Shown: positions 30,919 through 44,223 of the stretch, one piece after another
Numbering within the stretch: position 1 is the stretch's first letter
How the letters are laid out: each line of letters starts with the position of its first letter
Assembly: GCA_002269645.1 (NCBI GenBank)
Contig: NIVC01001385.1
Location: 186,001-250,000, forward strand
Direction: 5' to 3'
Origin: Macrostomum lignano
Lineage: Eukaryota
DNA length: 64,000 nucleotides
The notes under the pieces: generated by a model
What the model saw: only the letters and a program-made list of their open reading frames with translations
The model's database searches: none
What the model was told of the DNA's origin: nothing
Made by a program: the position numbers and the translations under genes

Positions 30919-32757
30919 CAGGGGCGTCGCCAACGGGGGGACAGGGACATGTCCCCCCAGTAAAAGATTTGAGGGGGACATGCCATTGCTTTGTCCCCCC
31001 ACCCCACCTTGTGATCCGTTATGGAAATCAATAATTTTGCAGCTGGGCGACAAAAAAAAGCGCCTGCGGCGCTGAAATGAGTGCCTGCGGCGCTAAAATG
31101 AGAGCCTGCGGCGCTAAAATGAGTGCCTGCGGCGCTAAAATGAGAGCCTGCGGCGCTAAAATGAGAGCCTGCGTCGCTAAAATGAGAGCCTGCGGCGCTA
31201 AAATGAGTGCCTGCGGCGCTAAAATGAGAGCCTGCGGCGCTAAAATGAGAGCCTGCGGCGCTAAAATAAGAGCCTGCGGCGCTAAAATGAGAGCCTGCGG
31301 CGCTAAAATGAGTGCCTGCGGCGCCAAAATGAGAGCCTGCGGCGCTAAAATGAGTGCCTGCGGCGCTAAAATGAGAGCCTGCGGCGCTAAAATGAGTGCC
31401 TGCGGCGCTAAAATGAGAGCCTGCGGCGCTAAAATGAGAGCCTGCGGCGCTAAAATGAGAGCCTGCGGCGCTAAAATGAGTGCCTGCGGCGCCAAAATGA
31501 GAGCCTGCGGCGCTAAAATGAGTGCCTGCGGCGCCAAAATGAGAGCCTGCGGCGCTAAAATGAGAGCCTGCGGCGCTAAAATGAGTGCCTGCGGCGCCAA
31601 AATGAGAGCCTGCGGCGCTAAAATGAGAGCCTGCGGCGCTAAAATGAGAGCCTGCGGCGCTAAAATGAGTGCCTGCGGCGCTAAAATGAGAGCCTGCGGC
31701 GCTAAAATGAGAGCCTGCGGCGCTAAAATGAGAGCCTGCGGCGCTAAAATGAGTGCCTGCGGCGCCAAAATGAGTGCCTGCGGTACTAAAATGAGTGCCT
31801 GCGGCGCCAAAATCAGTGCCTGCGGCCCTAAAATGAGTGCCTGCGGCGCTAAAATGAGTGCTTGCAGAGCCAAAATAAGAGCCTGTGGCGCTAAAATGAG
31901 AGCCTGCGTCGCTAAAATGAGAGCCTGCGGCGCTAAAATGAGTGCCTGCGGCGCTAAAACGAGAGCCTGCGGCGCTAAAATGAGAGCCTGCGGCGCTAAA
32001 ATAAGAGCCTGTGGCGCTAAAATGAGAGCCTGCGTCGCTAAAATGAGAGCCTGCGGCGCTAAAATGAGTGCCTGCGGCGCTAAAATGAGAGCCTGCGGCG
32101 CTAAAATGAGAGCCTGCGGCGCTAAAATGAGTGCCTGCGGCGCTAAAATGAGAGCCTGCGGCGCTAAAATGAGAGCCTGCGGCGCTAAAATGAGAGCCTG
32201 CGGCGCTAAAATGAGTGCCTGCGGCGCCAAAATGAGAGCCTGCGGCGCTAAAATGAGTGCCTGCGGCGCCAAAATGAGAGCCTGCGGCGCTAAAATGAGT
32301 GCCTGCGGCGCCAAAATGAGTGCCTGCGGCGCCAAAATGAGAGCCTGCGGCGCTAAAATGAGTGCCTGCGGCGCTAAAATGAGAGCCTGCGGCGCTAAAA
32401 TGAGTGCCTGCGGCGCTAAAATGAGAGCCTGCGGCGCTAAAATGAGAGCCTGCGGCGCTAAAATGAGAGCCTGCGGCGCTAAAATGAGTGCCTGCGGCGC
32501 CAAAATCAGTGCCTGCGGCCCTAAAATGAGTGCCTGCGGCGCTAAAATGAGTGCTTGCAGAGCCAAAATAAGAGCCTGTGGCGCTAAAATGAGTGCCTGC
32601 GGCGCCAAAATGAGTGCTGACAACACCGATTTTGAAAATAATGTACATGCAGGAAGTTAGTAGTACTACTTACAGTAATACTAGTAACAATGTACATGTA
32701 CGTGTATAATTGTTGGCTTTGCCCCCCCCCACCAAAAAATCCATGGCGACGCCCCTG
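30919..32757. mobile_element. hAT-type MITE carrying an expanded internal satellite
   Basis: Perfect 14-bp TIR CAGGGGCGTCGCCA / TGGCGACGCCCCTG. Exact 8-bp TSD AGCACAAC at 30911-30918 and 32758-32765. Confidence 0.92.
31070..32615. repeat. 21-bp satellite (GCCTGCGGCGCTAAAATGAG[A/T])n, ~73 copies
   Basis: Tandem array inside the MITE. Being 21 bp and stop-free in several frames, it produces the 527-585 aa artefact ORFs. Confidence 0.97.
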
Positions 32758-33034
32758 AGCACAACGATTCTTGGACGACTTTTTCGCGACTACTTTACGC
32801 TTCTACAACTCACGTGACGCGCTTGTGATGCAACAGTCATCTCTGTCGCATTTGACGCGTTTGAGTCGTTAAAAAGTCACAAGAGTCGCCTCAGACGCGC
32901 TAGAGTCACTAGAGAGTTGTTTACAACGACTTTTCAGCGACTCTTGTCACGGTATCGTTTTCAACAGGATTGGTGACGGCCAACTGCTGGTCAGCCCTGA
33001 GGATGGGCTTTCACCAACTGCTGCATTAGTCACA

Positions 33035-33465
33035 GTCGACAAAACGCCGAGTGCCCGCCGCCCCCGCTGGTAGGGTGCCTGCAGCGTTAGCAGCAGCACC
33101 TCCTGCACCGGCTCTGGGCAGGAGGATTCGGCGCGGATGACGTGGCCTGTCAGCTGGAGTCGCTGACGGCACAACAGGTCGCTTGGACGGACCAGGCCGG
33201 CGCGGTGATACAAAGCTGCATTGGTCAATCGCTCGTAGCCGATCTTGAAAACGTCAGCATCCAGGTCTCGGCGTTGTACAGCTGGACGGTCTCGATCACC
33301 GTCTGCAACAACGCCGCCCTCCGGCGGTCAGGTAAGGCCTCGGACTGCAGGACTGCCCTCACAGGACGAAAGACAGCCCAGGCAAGCCCGCAGCGACGCC
33401 GCAGATCCTCGCGGACGCCAGGAACCAGACCGCTGAGGTAGACGAACTGCGCTAAGGTAGTCACT
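33035..33465 (-). mobile_element. RTE-clade LINE 3' fragment (degenerate)
   Basis: Translations FVYLSG...EDLRRRCGLAWAVF...LLQTVIETVQLYNAETW and LCRQRLQLTGHVIR match the post-RT region typical of RTE elements. Frameshifted. Confidence 0.75.
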
Positions 33466-35484
33466 GACAAATTCTACCAGCTTGTTTACCAAAGCTTCAG
33501 TGAGCTTTAGGGTCTTCACTCCTTTCGGTACGGTGTGCGTACTTCCGGTCTCTTTGCACAAGGACACGATGCTTCGAACCGACTGTTTTGGGTAACGCAC
33601 CATTCGACCAAAAGACTTCCAGTTGTCACCTATCCTCTATCTATATTTGAGATTAAGACGTCCTTGGCGTATTGTCCGCTGCGCGTCATTTTTTGTCTGG
33701 GTCTTCCAGCTGTGGCACAAACTCTGTGATAAATACAATATACGATACGGCAAATAGATTAGGCCCTAGACAAACCTATTGTTGGAGCATGTAAAGATTT
33801 TAAAACTATTGGCCCTCTTTGCCTATCGCCGGTCGGCGAGTTCTACCAGACTTTCTCCGATAGTTGCAGGTACGGTACAAGTAAATAACAAACACGATTG
33901 AAGCGAGTCAAGCAGATTTAGAGAGTGATAATCCTAGATGATAAAGGCTAATCAAGATTTTGACACTTAATTTAGTTACTTCAAATCAATTACAAACTAC
34001 TTAATACGCAAATTCGCGACGCAGATAAATTCGAGCACGGATAACAACGATATAATTAATTAGTTACGCACTGGTGAGCGGATCTCAGCTCTGAAAAAGA
34101 AGAAAGACCGAACAGGACCACGGAGAAAGACTCCTAACCACTGGCCTAATTCCCAGAACCTACTCTCAGGCGAGGACCCTGACGGATTGACAGTTCAGCG
34201 GAGCTCTGGCTAAGTCCTACCAGCTCTGCCCTTCAGTGCAACACTGAGGCCCTCGGGGTCGAGGCCACGTACTGTGTCAAAACCGTCAGTTCCTGTCTAA
34301 ACCCGCTTATTAACGACGCCCTCAGACAAGGTTATCGCGGGCGTTACGCTAACAAGACTGCGGGTGGGCGAGGGAATAACACAAGGACCGGGGAGACGAT
34401 GCAGACCAAGCGCCTCAAAGCGCGATAAGAAGGCGAAACGGCCGGGAAGTTGGACAAACTAAAGGCCAAAAAAACAGAAGTGAGATCCGACCGCCAAAAC
34501 ACACTTTCATATATAGTCACTTTCAAACCCCTCAAAACCCCCCTCACGCCGGGTGGTGGGTGTCTGGCCGGCCGCTCGCTAAGCCGACTTGCACTGGACC
34601 CGCGGCGCTCTCTCAGACCGGGTAGACTTGGTTTTTGCCGCGTGCCAGGGTCCAGAACGATCGCGATTGGCTGGCCGCGCAAAGCCGGGGTATGCTGGAA
34701 AACTTCGACCCTCCGCTGAGTCACAATTAGCGTCTAGCTTCTGACTTGTTTACACAACAATAAACTCTAAACTAAGGGAAAAAGTACATTGAAACGCGTG
34801 ACTAAAACAAGCAAAATAATTACTCGTATCAACAATACAGAAACTAATTCAATCAACTAGCTAATAGAATGCAAACACTACATCTCGCTGTTTAAACCAA
34901 ACTGATTTCTGTTGTCTATGGCTTTCTACGAGAATGGTATGTCTGTGTAAAATCTCTGATCCGCCTCGCTGCCACGGCTAACGGCCACGCACCAATTTGA
35001 ATGAAGTAAAAACCAAACAGGACGCAGAAATGAATGTATATTTGGTGTCAATGCGTATTTCAGTGACGCCAAGAACGATGGTCAGTAGCGCTTAACGCAA
35101 TTCGGGTGGCCTAAAATTAATATTTTTCACGACAAAGTCGATTCTCAGTGGCATCAATTATTAAAGAGCGTGGTGTCAGAAGTTAATATTTGTAATAAAA
35201 TGGAATACACCAGCTTAAGGTCAACAGGCCCACCAAGAGACAAGGCTGAGTTAGAAGAGCCCTGTGCACTTTTTATGCATTCAGAGGTGCATCCATTCTG
35301 ATTGAAGGTTATAAATTTTAACATAAGAAAACAGACGCGCATTATCAATATTTATCGATAACAAATTTTATGAATGCGAAATAATCCGAATAAAAAGCGT
35401 GTCTTCGCTCAAAAAGCGATTTTTTGGTAATTTTTTACTTCTCGATAAGTTTCGGATTTTTATCATCTCGTATTTAAGAGTTTA

Positions 35485-36642
35485 TTAATTGTCATCGAGT
35501 TTACCTCCGCTAGCTAGTTCTCTCACTTTAATAGGATCCATATTTAATTCACAACTGGTGGCAGTGGTAGCCGATTTTTGATCTACCGGTTTCCAGCATT
35601 TTACCGTCTCCAAGAGAAGCCGACAGAACTTGGCATTCTTCCACACCAGCAGGATCCAGTTGGTGGACTGGCCAATGATGATGGTCGAGATGCCGATGTC
35701 GTGAACTCCCCACAACACGGTGGCCGTGTTATAATCGATTCCACCAAAAAGCAGCGTTAGAACGTACTCGCTGGTTCGGGCAAAGAAAGTCAGCGAGGCA
35801 GACAGAAGCAGACAGACCGACAGAGCGAGGCAGATCACTGTGTTTACTAGCCCGTCATCAGATTCCTTAGCAGAGCCCAGCCTCTTTCTATTGGCGGTGA
35901 TCTCCCGTACCTTGTGAATCAGGAAGCAGTTCTCAATGAAAATAATCGCCAATAAAAGGGCCGGTGGGTAGTAAAGCAAAGCCGAATAGTAGTATAGAAC
36001 GGTTTGTTGCCATGGTAACAGCGTGTGGAAGCTGTAGTAGCAAATTAGGTACACTTCAAAAGTAAACCAATGAAAGATAAAGGCGATGGGAAGGGTGATA
36101 ATCACGCAGGCCAGAATCACCAATAACCCGGCCTTCATCGCAGCCTTTCCACTGATGCTCTGAAATTTGAACGGAAAGTACAGGCTTAGAGTCCTGTCAG
36201 TCACCATTAGCAGAAACACTGCAGTCGATGTTAGGTGGCACAGGTGCTCAAAGTATTTGGCAAATCTGCACTGCACGTCTCCGTCGTTGCTATTTACATA
36301 ACCGACGGACCCGTTGGTTAACCATGGCAGACCCTTGGCCAAGAACATCCACATGAAGCCGTTCACGATGATGTTGCAGCTGTCTGTGACCGCAATTATG
36401 CTGATGTACACATTCTGTCGAGTCCACGGTTGTTTGACCAGGTTGATGTACACTATGAGAGCGTTGAACACGAGACCGGAGACAATGAAAACAGGCAGAA
36501 TCAGGCCCGTGATGGCGCCAAGGACGGTGTTGACAGTGCAACTCGCTGTTCTGTTTGGGTCCCCACTTTGACAATCCGACACTATAAAGTCCACAGGGTC
36601 CAGGAAAATATAGTTGACAGCGCTTGGCGTCGCGTTACTCAT
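35485..36642 (-). CDS. Intronless orphan GPCR, copy 2, ~385 aa
   Basis: Paralogue of 20643-21734 with the same 7TM motifs. C-terminus extended by about 22 aa. Confidence 0.9.
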   Translation of the reverse strand: MSNATPSAVNYIFLDPVDFIVSDCQSGDPNRTASCTVNTVLGAITGLILPVFIVSGLVFNALIVYINLVKQPWTRQNVYISIIAVTDSCNIIVNGFMWMFLAKGLPWLTNGSVGYVNSNDGDVQCRFAKYFEHLCHLTSTAVFLLMVTDRTLSLYFPFKFQSISGKAAMKAGLLVILACVIITLPIAFIFHWFTFEVYLICYYSFHTLLPWQQTVLYYYSALLYYPPALLLAIIFIENCFLIHKVREITANRKRLGSAKESDDGLVNTVICLALSVCLLLSASLTFFARTSEYVLTLLFGGIDYNTATVLWGVHDIGISTIIIGQSTNWILLVWKNAKFCRLLLETVKCWKPVDQKSATTATSCELNMDPIKVRELASGGKLDDN

Positions 36643-37450
36643 GACTACTTTGAGCAAGGATTAACAGAGCTTGCGATGCGTTCGGTCCTTAGAGAATAAG
36701 ATAGCAATAGCGTTGAACGATGAAGCTCTAGTTGGTTGCTTGCTAAACCAGCACTTCACAATGCAATTGAAAACGGCAGCTTCGTGGGTTTAAATAGCGC
36801 TGTTTTCATCACCCCCAGCTGTAGCCCCGCCCAATTTTTGCGTGCCAATGGTGATTGAATGGGCGATTTCCGTTTGCCGGCTTTTTGTTTTACATGTTCA
36901 GTTCAACAGTCTTAACTCGATAAAAGCTGAGTGGTTCGATGCTTTTAGCGGAAATTAGCGAAAATCGAACACAGTCACGGCATTATACTGCATGGATTCA
37001 GCCTCCGAGATAAATGAAAGGAAAAAATGAGTTTTAATCGCCGCCGACCTGCAGCATTTTGACCGTTCCCTGAATTTTCTATTTTCTTACCGAGCTTTTA
37101 AATATAGCCCTCGCAGTCACGTGAAAGCGCTCTCCATCAAACCAGTCTGAAGCTATCTGAAGTGACAGTCTACTTCAGATAGCATTGTCTTCCATTTACT
37201 CGGGAGGACACAGAAGATTTTGATATCAATGCATCATTGGATCAATCGCTGTCCTAGCTAAAGTCTTGTAACGTACAGTGCGGTTGGTCGATTCCAGCCG
37301 GAGAGGCGATTCGATGGTCTGGTGGGGACTTTCTGCTGAGGCGTTCTCGAGGAGGCGACCGAACTTCTGCGATGTCATCTGTTCAACTACACAATATGGT
37401 TCTTGACAGCACAGCTCAGAATTTTTTCACTTAATCTCACCATTTCTATT
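36643..37450 (-). promoter_or_regulatory. Conserved upstream region of GPCR copy 2
   Basis: Homologous to the upstream flanks of copies 1 and 4, including GCGCTATTTAAACCC and GGGCGGGGCT. Confidence 0.55.
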
Positions 37451-38875
37451 CAAAATCCGTTTCACCTACATTTCTGACAACCGTGAAAATACGGTAGTTT
37501 TTGGTGATTCAACCGACAAGGGGCAAGTTTGGCTAATTAGCTGGATCTAAAAATTGCGAATATCAATAGTATCCCCATGATAACTTGTGGGTTCTTACAT
37601 TTTCTCTGCAAAAATATCTGATCTCGTACTTTCATTTGATTTAATCGTCTATTTTATCGTCTACCGTCTATCGTCTACGGGAGTGTTGGCTGTTGAGAAT
37701 GTGACAAATAGTCAAGTTTATAGAGGAAGCGAATGCGTTAGACGCTCCCTCACTCATATTTCCTGTCAGAATAATAATAAAGCAAATTTGTTTAAACGCT
37801 GTGTATTTAACTATTAGGACGCTGTACTTCAAAACCGTTAAGAAAGTATTTAAAGGCCGTTTTAAAGTTACACTTCTTGCTTTCCACAAACGGATTTTAA
37901 AAAAATTGGTTCTAGAGGTATTTTAAGATGTTCAGAAGACAAATTTAAATTCAGAACTCCAGCATTTAACATCGAGTAGTTCGAATATAGCAGACTTCAT
38001 TGCTTCGCGGATTCCGCTGTGACACGCTGTACAACGTTATGCTTCGCATGATCAATCAGTGCATGTCGCCTGACATGATATAAACTGGAATGGCCCAGGA
38101 CTGCGGGGTCGCTGCCAGGTCGAGCTACTCGATGTTAAATTGGCAGAAACTGACAATTAACTCTCTGTGAATAATTTTTAAGTATATTTTGCTAAAAAAT
38201 ATACTTAAAATATGGCCTAGAAAATGAAGCATGGCCCAGAAAACTGCTTCAATGGAAACCAGCTCCTGTAAAAATATATACTTTCCTACTCCAGATTGAA
38301 TGTTTTCAGATCTGCATGACTTTAGCCTAGTTAGTAGCACTCTGCTTCACTCTGCTTCTGCTCCGAGGGTTACAAAGGGTAACTCATACACGTATGAGCA
38401 AAATGAAGACGACTGTGAACAGAACAGTATGCTGGGCCTTTCTCTTTCTCACAACTCCTAACTTTAAAACTCACTTCCTGGACTTCAAAAATCGGCATCG
38501 CGAAAACTCAACAAAAATCCCAATCAAATTTTGTAAGCACTCGTGGAGCTGACGCCAATCAGTTTTTTTTTCTCATTCTCAAGGAGATTCTTCCCGATTT
38601 GCTACCGGTTTTGAAGTCAAAAATTCCAAAAAGGAACTACTGATAATTTGATATAATTTGACATAGATTGAACCAAAGACGCGTTGAAATATCTGGCAGT
38701 TTTGCTCGAACCACTCAGCTTTCATCGAGTTAAGAAGACTGATCCGGATACGTAAAAAATGTAAGCTGGCGAACGGAAATCTCCCAGTGTTGCACGCACC
38801 ATTAGCACGCGAAAATTGGGCGGGTTACCATTCTTGGGGCGATGATTCCTATATTTTATATATTTTATATATTAT

Positions 38876-39570
38876 GTGTATCACCGTTTGTTTTAAATAA
38901 GTAGGGAAATTGTCTCTATAAAAGGAAGCCAACCGAAGGCCCAACAAAACTGAAACCTCCCTCTTTCCTTCGTTCGACTCGCTTAAAGCATTGTTTCATT
39001 TGCTCCAGTCACTCTATTTGGAGACAAAATCAATCAGGCTCAGGATTTGTTCTCGCGTTACTTATTTTTGAGTAGTAGATAGCGATTTAGAAACCACCCC
39101 AGAATTTGGAGAATTCAATCCATTCTTAGAGAACGAGGACTCCCAGATTTAGAATCTGGGAAATCGCCCTAGAAGGCAGAACACCTACCAAAAGGTAGAA
39201 TAAACAAGACTCAGAGTCTGAGAGACCCGCCTCAGGGCAGAATAGCCAGCAATTGAGCTGTGACCCTCTGATCCCGGGAACGCCCAGGACTGAGAGAAGA
39301 ACCCTTTATAGGAGTAGAATAGAAGTATAGAAGTAGGGTTTAGTGCCAGTAGACCAGTATAGAAGTGTACACGCTACCAACAGAAGTGCATACGCTATCA
39401 GTAATAGATGAAATATCAGTAAAGTACATAAGTAATGGGAATATTAAGAGCCATAGGATAACATTGGTGGCATCTTTTTCGGATATTTATAGAGGGAGAA
39501 GCAGCACCCCTACAACAGCTGGTGGCATTAGTGAGATTTTACGGAGAGTAGAAGTACGACCACTACCACA
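38876..39570. mobile_element. Possible solo-LTR-like insert replacing the core promoter of GPCR copy 3
   Basis: Promoter homology stops at ~38850 and resumes at ~39570. The insert has TGTG...CACA ends and TATAAAAG motifs on both strands. No TSD found. Confidence 0.3.
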
Positions 39571-39641
39571 TTCTTTTCGGATGAATGAATGTGCCACAAG
39601 CTCTGCTAATTCTTGCTCGAAGCAGTCATGAGTAACGCGAC

Positions 39642-42600
39642 TGTTGTGGCCGCTGGCCAAATGAATAAAATCACTTCACTTGAGACGAAGGAGAGGAGAG
39701 GAGAGGTAGCTCTCAGCTAGTGAGCCAGTCAATATATATATATTGAATATTTATATATTCTGATTGATACGAGCTAGATGTACATCAGTGTGCATACATT
39801 ACATAATATCATTGAGCATGCACATTCACAACATCACCCCCTTGCAAAGAGGTTCAACGGCTTACGGGTGGGATAAGCCGACGCATTAAAGCAAGCAATG
39901 TCAATGGAACAGTTTTCTGTACATGAGCAGTCAGTTAGTCAAGTCAGAGTCACAACGTCAAACGAATTGAGGCGGTGCGCGAAGTCTCTCAGAACGGCGC
40001 AGCGGTGGCGTTGGCGTCGCCTCTGGTTGCCCACCGTCCGGTTGCGGAACCTCGGTATTGTCAGCCCCATCACCCCAGCCGTGATGGTCATCCATGATGC
40101 AGCGGCTGATGTGCCAGCGGCTGCCATTGGTCAGAGTGATTGTGTTGCCCTCGTGACTGACAACTGTCTGTGGCTCGGAGACGCCGCTGCTGAGCTTTCC
40201 GCGCCTCGGCCGGCGGACGCGGACGCAGCTCCTGATAGTCAGCGCTGCGTCCTTCAGCGGCTGGTTCCGCTTGCGCATCCAGCGGTGGCTCTTGGCCTGC
40301 TGCTGTCGCTCCATGACGCTGCGCCGCAGCTCCTGGTCCGTCGTTGACTCGGTGCTTGCTGGTTGAAGATGATCGAGAGGCAGGCGGAGCTTTTGTCCCA
40401 GCATCAGTTTAGCCGGAGACTTCTTGGTCAGCGCGTGTTCAGATGACCGATACGTGAGCAGAAGCTCCTGAACCGCCTGCTTTACCAGCACGCCGTCGGC
40501 GAGAAGGTGCCCGCAGTGAGGTCTTGATGAAGCCGTTGAACCTCTCGACTCCTCCATTCTGCTGTGGGCAGTAGAACGGAGTGCAACTGTGCTTGATGCC
40601 GAGCGAGTTGAAAATGTCCTTGAACTCGGTCGACACAAACTGAGGTCTGTTGTCCGTGGTAATTTCGTCTGAAAGCCCCCAGCGAACGAACAGGCTGCAA
40701 AGGGCTTCGATAAAGACAGCGGAAGTCACGGACGAAGATGCAATAATCTCAGGCCACTTGAAGTAGAGATCGTGGACTACGATGAAAAATCGATGGGACT
40801 GCACATCGGCTTCCGGCAGCTCTCCGACGATTATCGACTTGCAGCTGCCGCCACGGACCCACCGGTAGCTCCGTCACTGACCATGGGACCTTGATCGGCT
40901 TGAGCTCCTTCTCGGACAGGACGCAGGCGCTGCAGTTCTGCACGAAGGCCTCCACGTCGCTGTCGATGCGCGGCCACCAGACTGTATCGAGGCACCGCGC
41001 CTTGACCTTGGCGACACTGAGATGTCCTTGATGCGCCTCTGCCAGCACAAGAACGCGGAGCTCAGTCGGGATGACGGCGCGGCTGCCTCTCGCCGGGCAG
41101 CAACCATCGTTCCACAGGAAGAGCTCGTGGTGCACCTGGTGGAAGCCCTTCAAGTCGGCTGGGGCCTCGGTTGGCCATCCGTTGATGAGGAACCCGATGA
41201 CTCGCTGCAGTTGGTTGTCGCACTTGGTTGCATCGGCCAGTTGAGTGACTGCTTCTGGCCAGCACCAGGTTGATGTCGGACTCGCTCTGGTGCTGCTCAT
41301 TGGACTCTTTGGCTGCGCTCTTGCCGTCGCAGCCGTAGCGAGACAGAAAGTCGGGCTGGACGTTGAGCTTGCCGGGGACGTACTCGATGTTGAAGTCGTA
41401 GACAAAGAGTCGCTCGCACCAGCGCTGAAGTCGAAGAGGTCGTTGGCCGAATCCTCGAGGTGACAGCAGGGTCGTCAGCGCTTGATGGTCGGTGAGAAGC
41501 TTGAACTTGCGACCGTACAGCAGCAGGTGCCAATGCTCGCAGCTCCAGACGCAGGCCAAGGCCTCCTTCTCTGACGCAGAGTAGCGGCGCTCAGTGTCGG
41601 ACAGGGCTTGCGAGGCGAAGGCTACTGGCCGCAGCTGTCCATGATCGTCGACTTGGCTCAGGTTTGCGCCAGGGCGACGTCGCTGCTATCGCAGGAGACG
41701 ATGGTCTCGTGATCTTGGTCGAAGAACTTCAGGCATGGTGCTGATGAGATGAGCCGCTTCATTTCGCTGAAGGCTGCCTCGCATTTTGCGTCCCAGTTCC
41801 ATGGCGCGTCCTTGCGCAGGAGCACTGTCAGCGACCCGGCGACGTGAGACAGGTTCTTGATGTAGAACTCGAAGAACTTTGCAAAGCCGAGGAATGAAGC
41901 TAACTCTGACGTATTGGTGGGTGCCTTGAGTTTTGATACGGACTCGGTGTGCGACTGAAAGGGTTGAATTCCCGCTGCGCTGACGCGGTGTCCGTCGAAC
42001 TCGATCTCCGACGCCTTGAATATGCACTTCTTGAGGTTGACGCTTACCGGATGCTGCAGCAGCTTGTCTAGTACCTAAAGTACGCGACTTTCGTGCTCGG
42101 CTTCCGTAGCGGCGTGAACGGCAATGTCGTCTTGATAGTGAACAACGCCTCTGATGCCTTGGAGGATCTTGCCGACGACCTTCTGGAAGGCCGCCGGAGC
42201 CGAGCTGATGCCGAACGGCATCCGTCTGAATCGGTAGAGGACGGATTCAGTGTTAAAGCAGGTCAGATTATTGGCGTCATCGTGCAGAGGCAGCTGTAGA
42301 TGCGACTGGTTGAGGTCGATCCGTGAGAAAAAACTTTGAATTGTTGAATTCGGTCAGAGATCGGCGAAGGTAGGCAGTGACATCGAGTCGGGGATGATCG
42401 CCTTGCTGACCTTTCGCAGATCAACGCAGAGGCGCAGCTTCCCATCGGCCTTGCGGGCACAGGTGACGTTGGACTCGCTCGATGATGCCTTCTTCCTCCC
42501 AGCGGTGAATCTCGCTGTCGCACTCCTGGCGCAGCGCTAGAGGCAGTCGGCGCAGACGCTGAGCTACGGGCGGCACATTTGGGTCAACTCTTGGACGGTG

Positions 42601-43698
42601 GCAGAACCCTTTGATCTCACCAAGTCCGGTGCCCAGGGCGTGGACTTAGCTGGAATCCATTCGGGCATCGACGTGGTCAAAGGCTCCTCGGACTCGACCG
42701 CAGCAATCTGATGTCCGTAAGGCCCGAGAACTTTGCAGTTCAGCTTGTCCATCAGGTCGATTCCATGACGACGGTGAAGGTGAACGATGGGAGCTGGACG
42801 CAGTCGAACTCGACCGTGGCGTCAACCTCGCCGGCGACGCTGATGCTGGAGCCGTTGTACGACACGAGGTGTCTCCCAGACGGTCGCAGGGGGACTTTCG
42901 AGCCGAAAAGCTTCCGGCAGGTCTGCATGTTGATGATGGAGACCTTGGCAGCTGTGTCCACCAACAGCGGAATGCTGAACCCGTTGATCCTGACGCTGGC
43001 TCTCTTGTACTCGCCTTTCTTGTCCGTGCTGAAGGCGAAGATGCTTTGCTGAGCGGAGCCCTGCGGAGCTGTCGAAGACAACGCCTTGAACCTTCTTCCG
43101 AGACGAATACGGTGCCGTGGTGCTGCTCTTGCGCACACTCGCGAAGTGGTTGAGCTTCATGCATTTCTCACACGCTTTGCCACGGGAAGCGGAGCGCGGG
43201 TCGCTGTCTGTGCGGTGGCCCGGCTTACCGCAGTGCGAGCAGCAGGGCTCCTGCGATGGTCACGCTGCCTGGCCTCTGATGCCCATCGGAGCTCTCTTGG
43301 CGTTGATCTTCCTGATGCCGTCGTCAGCTGCATTCTTGCCGGTCAAGTACATCTCACTCTGGACAGCTTTTTCCACCTGGGCGGTAATTTTAATTGCTCC
43401 GTCCAGGGTGAGCTATTGCTCTAGCGGGAGGCGTTCGCGCACCTTTGCTGATTAAGTGCCAAAGATCAGCTGGTCCAGGATGAAGGCGTCGTGAAGGCTC
43501 TGGAACTCACAGTCGCTGGCGGCATGGCGCAAGTTTGCCACGAATGCGTGCACGCCTTCGCCGCTCCGCTGTACGCACTTCCGGAAGTCATGCCGCTTGG
43601 CATACACGCTGACAGTGGGCTGAAATTGTCGCTGGAGCTTTATTTGGAGACTTCATGAGAGTCCAGTACACTCGCACTGCTCGCACACATTCACAACA
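39642..43698 (-). mobile_element. Ty3/Gypsy LTR retrotransposon (Mag-like), decayed
   Basis: 3' LTR 39642-39833 (TGTTGTG...CACAACA) preceded by PPT AGGGGGTGA. gag with CCHC remnants, protease LLVDTAA, RT YQDD (~42130), RNase H TDHQAL, integrase. 5-bp TSD GCGAC/GTGAC. Only ~13 nt of the 5' LTR remain. Many frameshifts. Confidence 0.92.
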
Positions 43699-44223
43699 GT
43701 GACACCAAGCGCTGTCAACTATATGTTTTCGGACTCTATCGACTATATAGTCTCGGATTGTCAAAGTGGGGACCCAAACCGAACAGCGACTTGCACTTTC
43801 AACACCGTCCTTGGCGCCATCACGGGCCTGATTCTGCCTGTTTTCGTTGTCTCCGGTCTCGTGTTCAACGCTCTAATTGTACACATCAACCTGGTCAAAC
43901 AGTCGTGGACTCGACAGAATGTGTACATCAGCATAATTGCGGTCACAGACAGCTGCAACATCATCGTGAACGGCTTCATGTGGATGTTATTGGCCAAGGG
44001 CTTGCCATGGTTAACCAACGGATCCGTCGGTTATGTACATCTCAACGACGGAGACGTGCAGTGTAGATTTGCCAAATATTTTGAGCACCTGTGCCACCTA
44101 ACATCGACTGCAGTGTTTCTGCTAATGGTTACCGACAGGACTCTAAGCCTGTACTTTCCATTTAAATTTCAGAGCATCAGCGGAAAGGCTGCGATGAAGG
44201 CTGGGTTATTGGTGATCCTGGCC

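Noticed and set aside
30891-32660. 527-585 aa ORFs (AAGSHFS / APQALIL / MRACGAK repeats)
   Set aside because: Pure 21-bp satellite inside a MITE; open in several frames only because the unit has no stop codon.
33464-35050. LTR-retrotransposon remnant (PBS-like GTGACTCAGCGG at ~34720, TGACA/TGTCA ends)
   Set aside because: No pair of homologous LTRs, no TSD and no coding motif recognised. Probably repeat-derived but unassignable.
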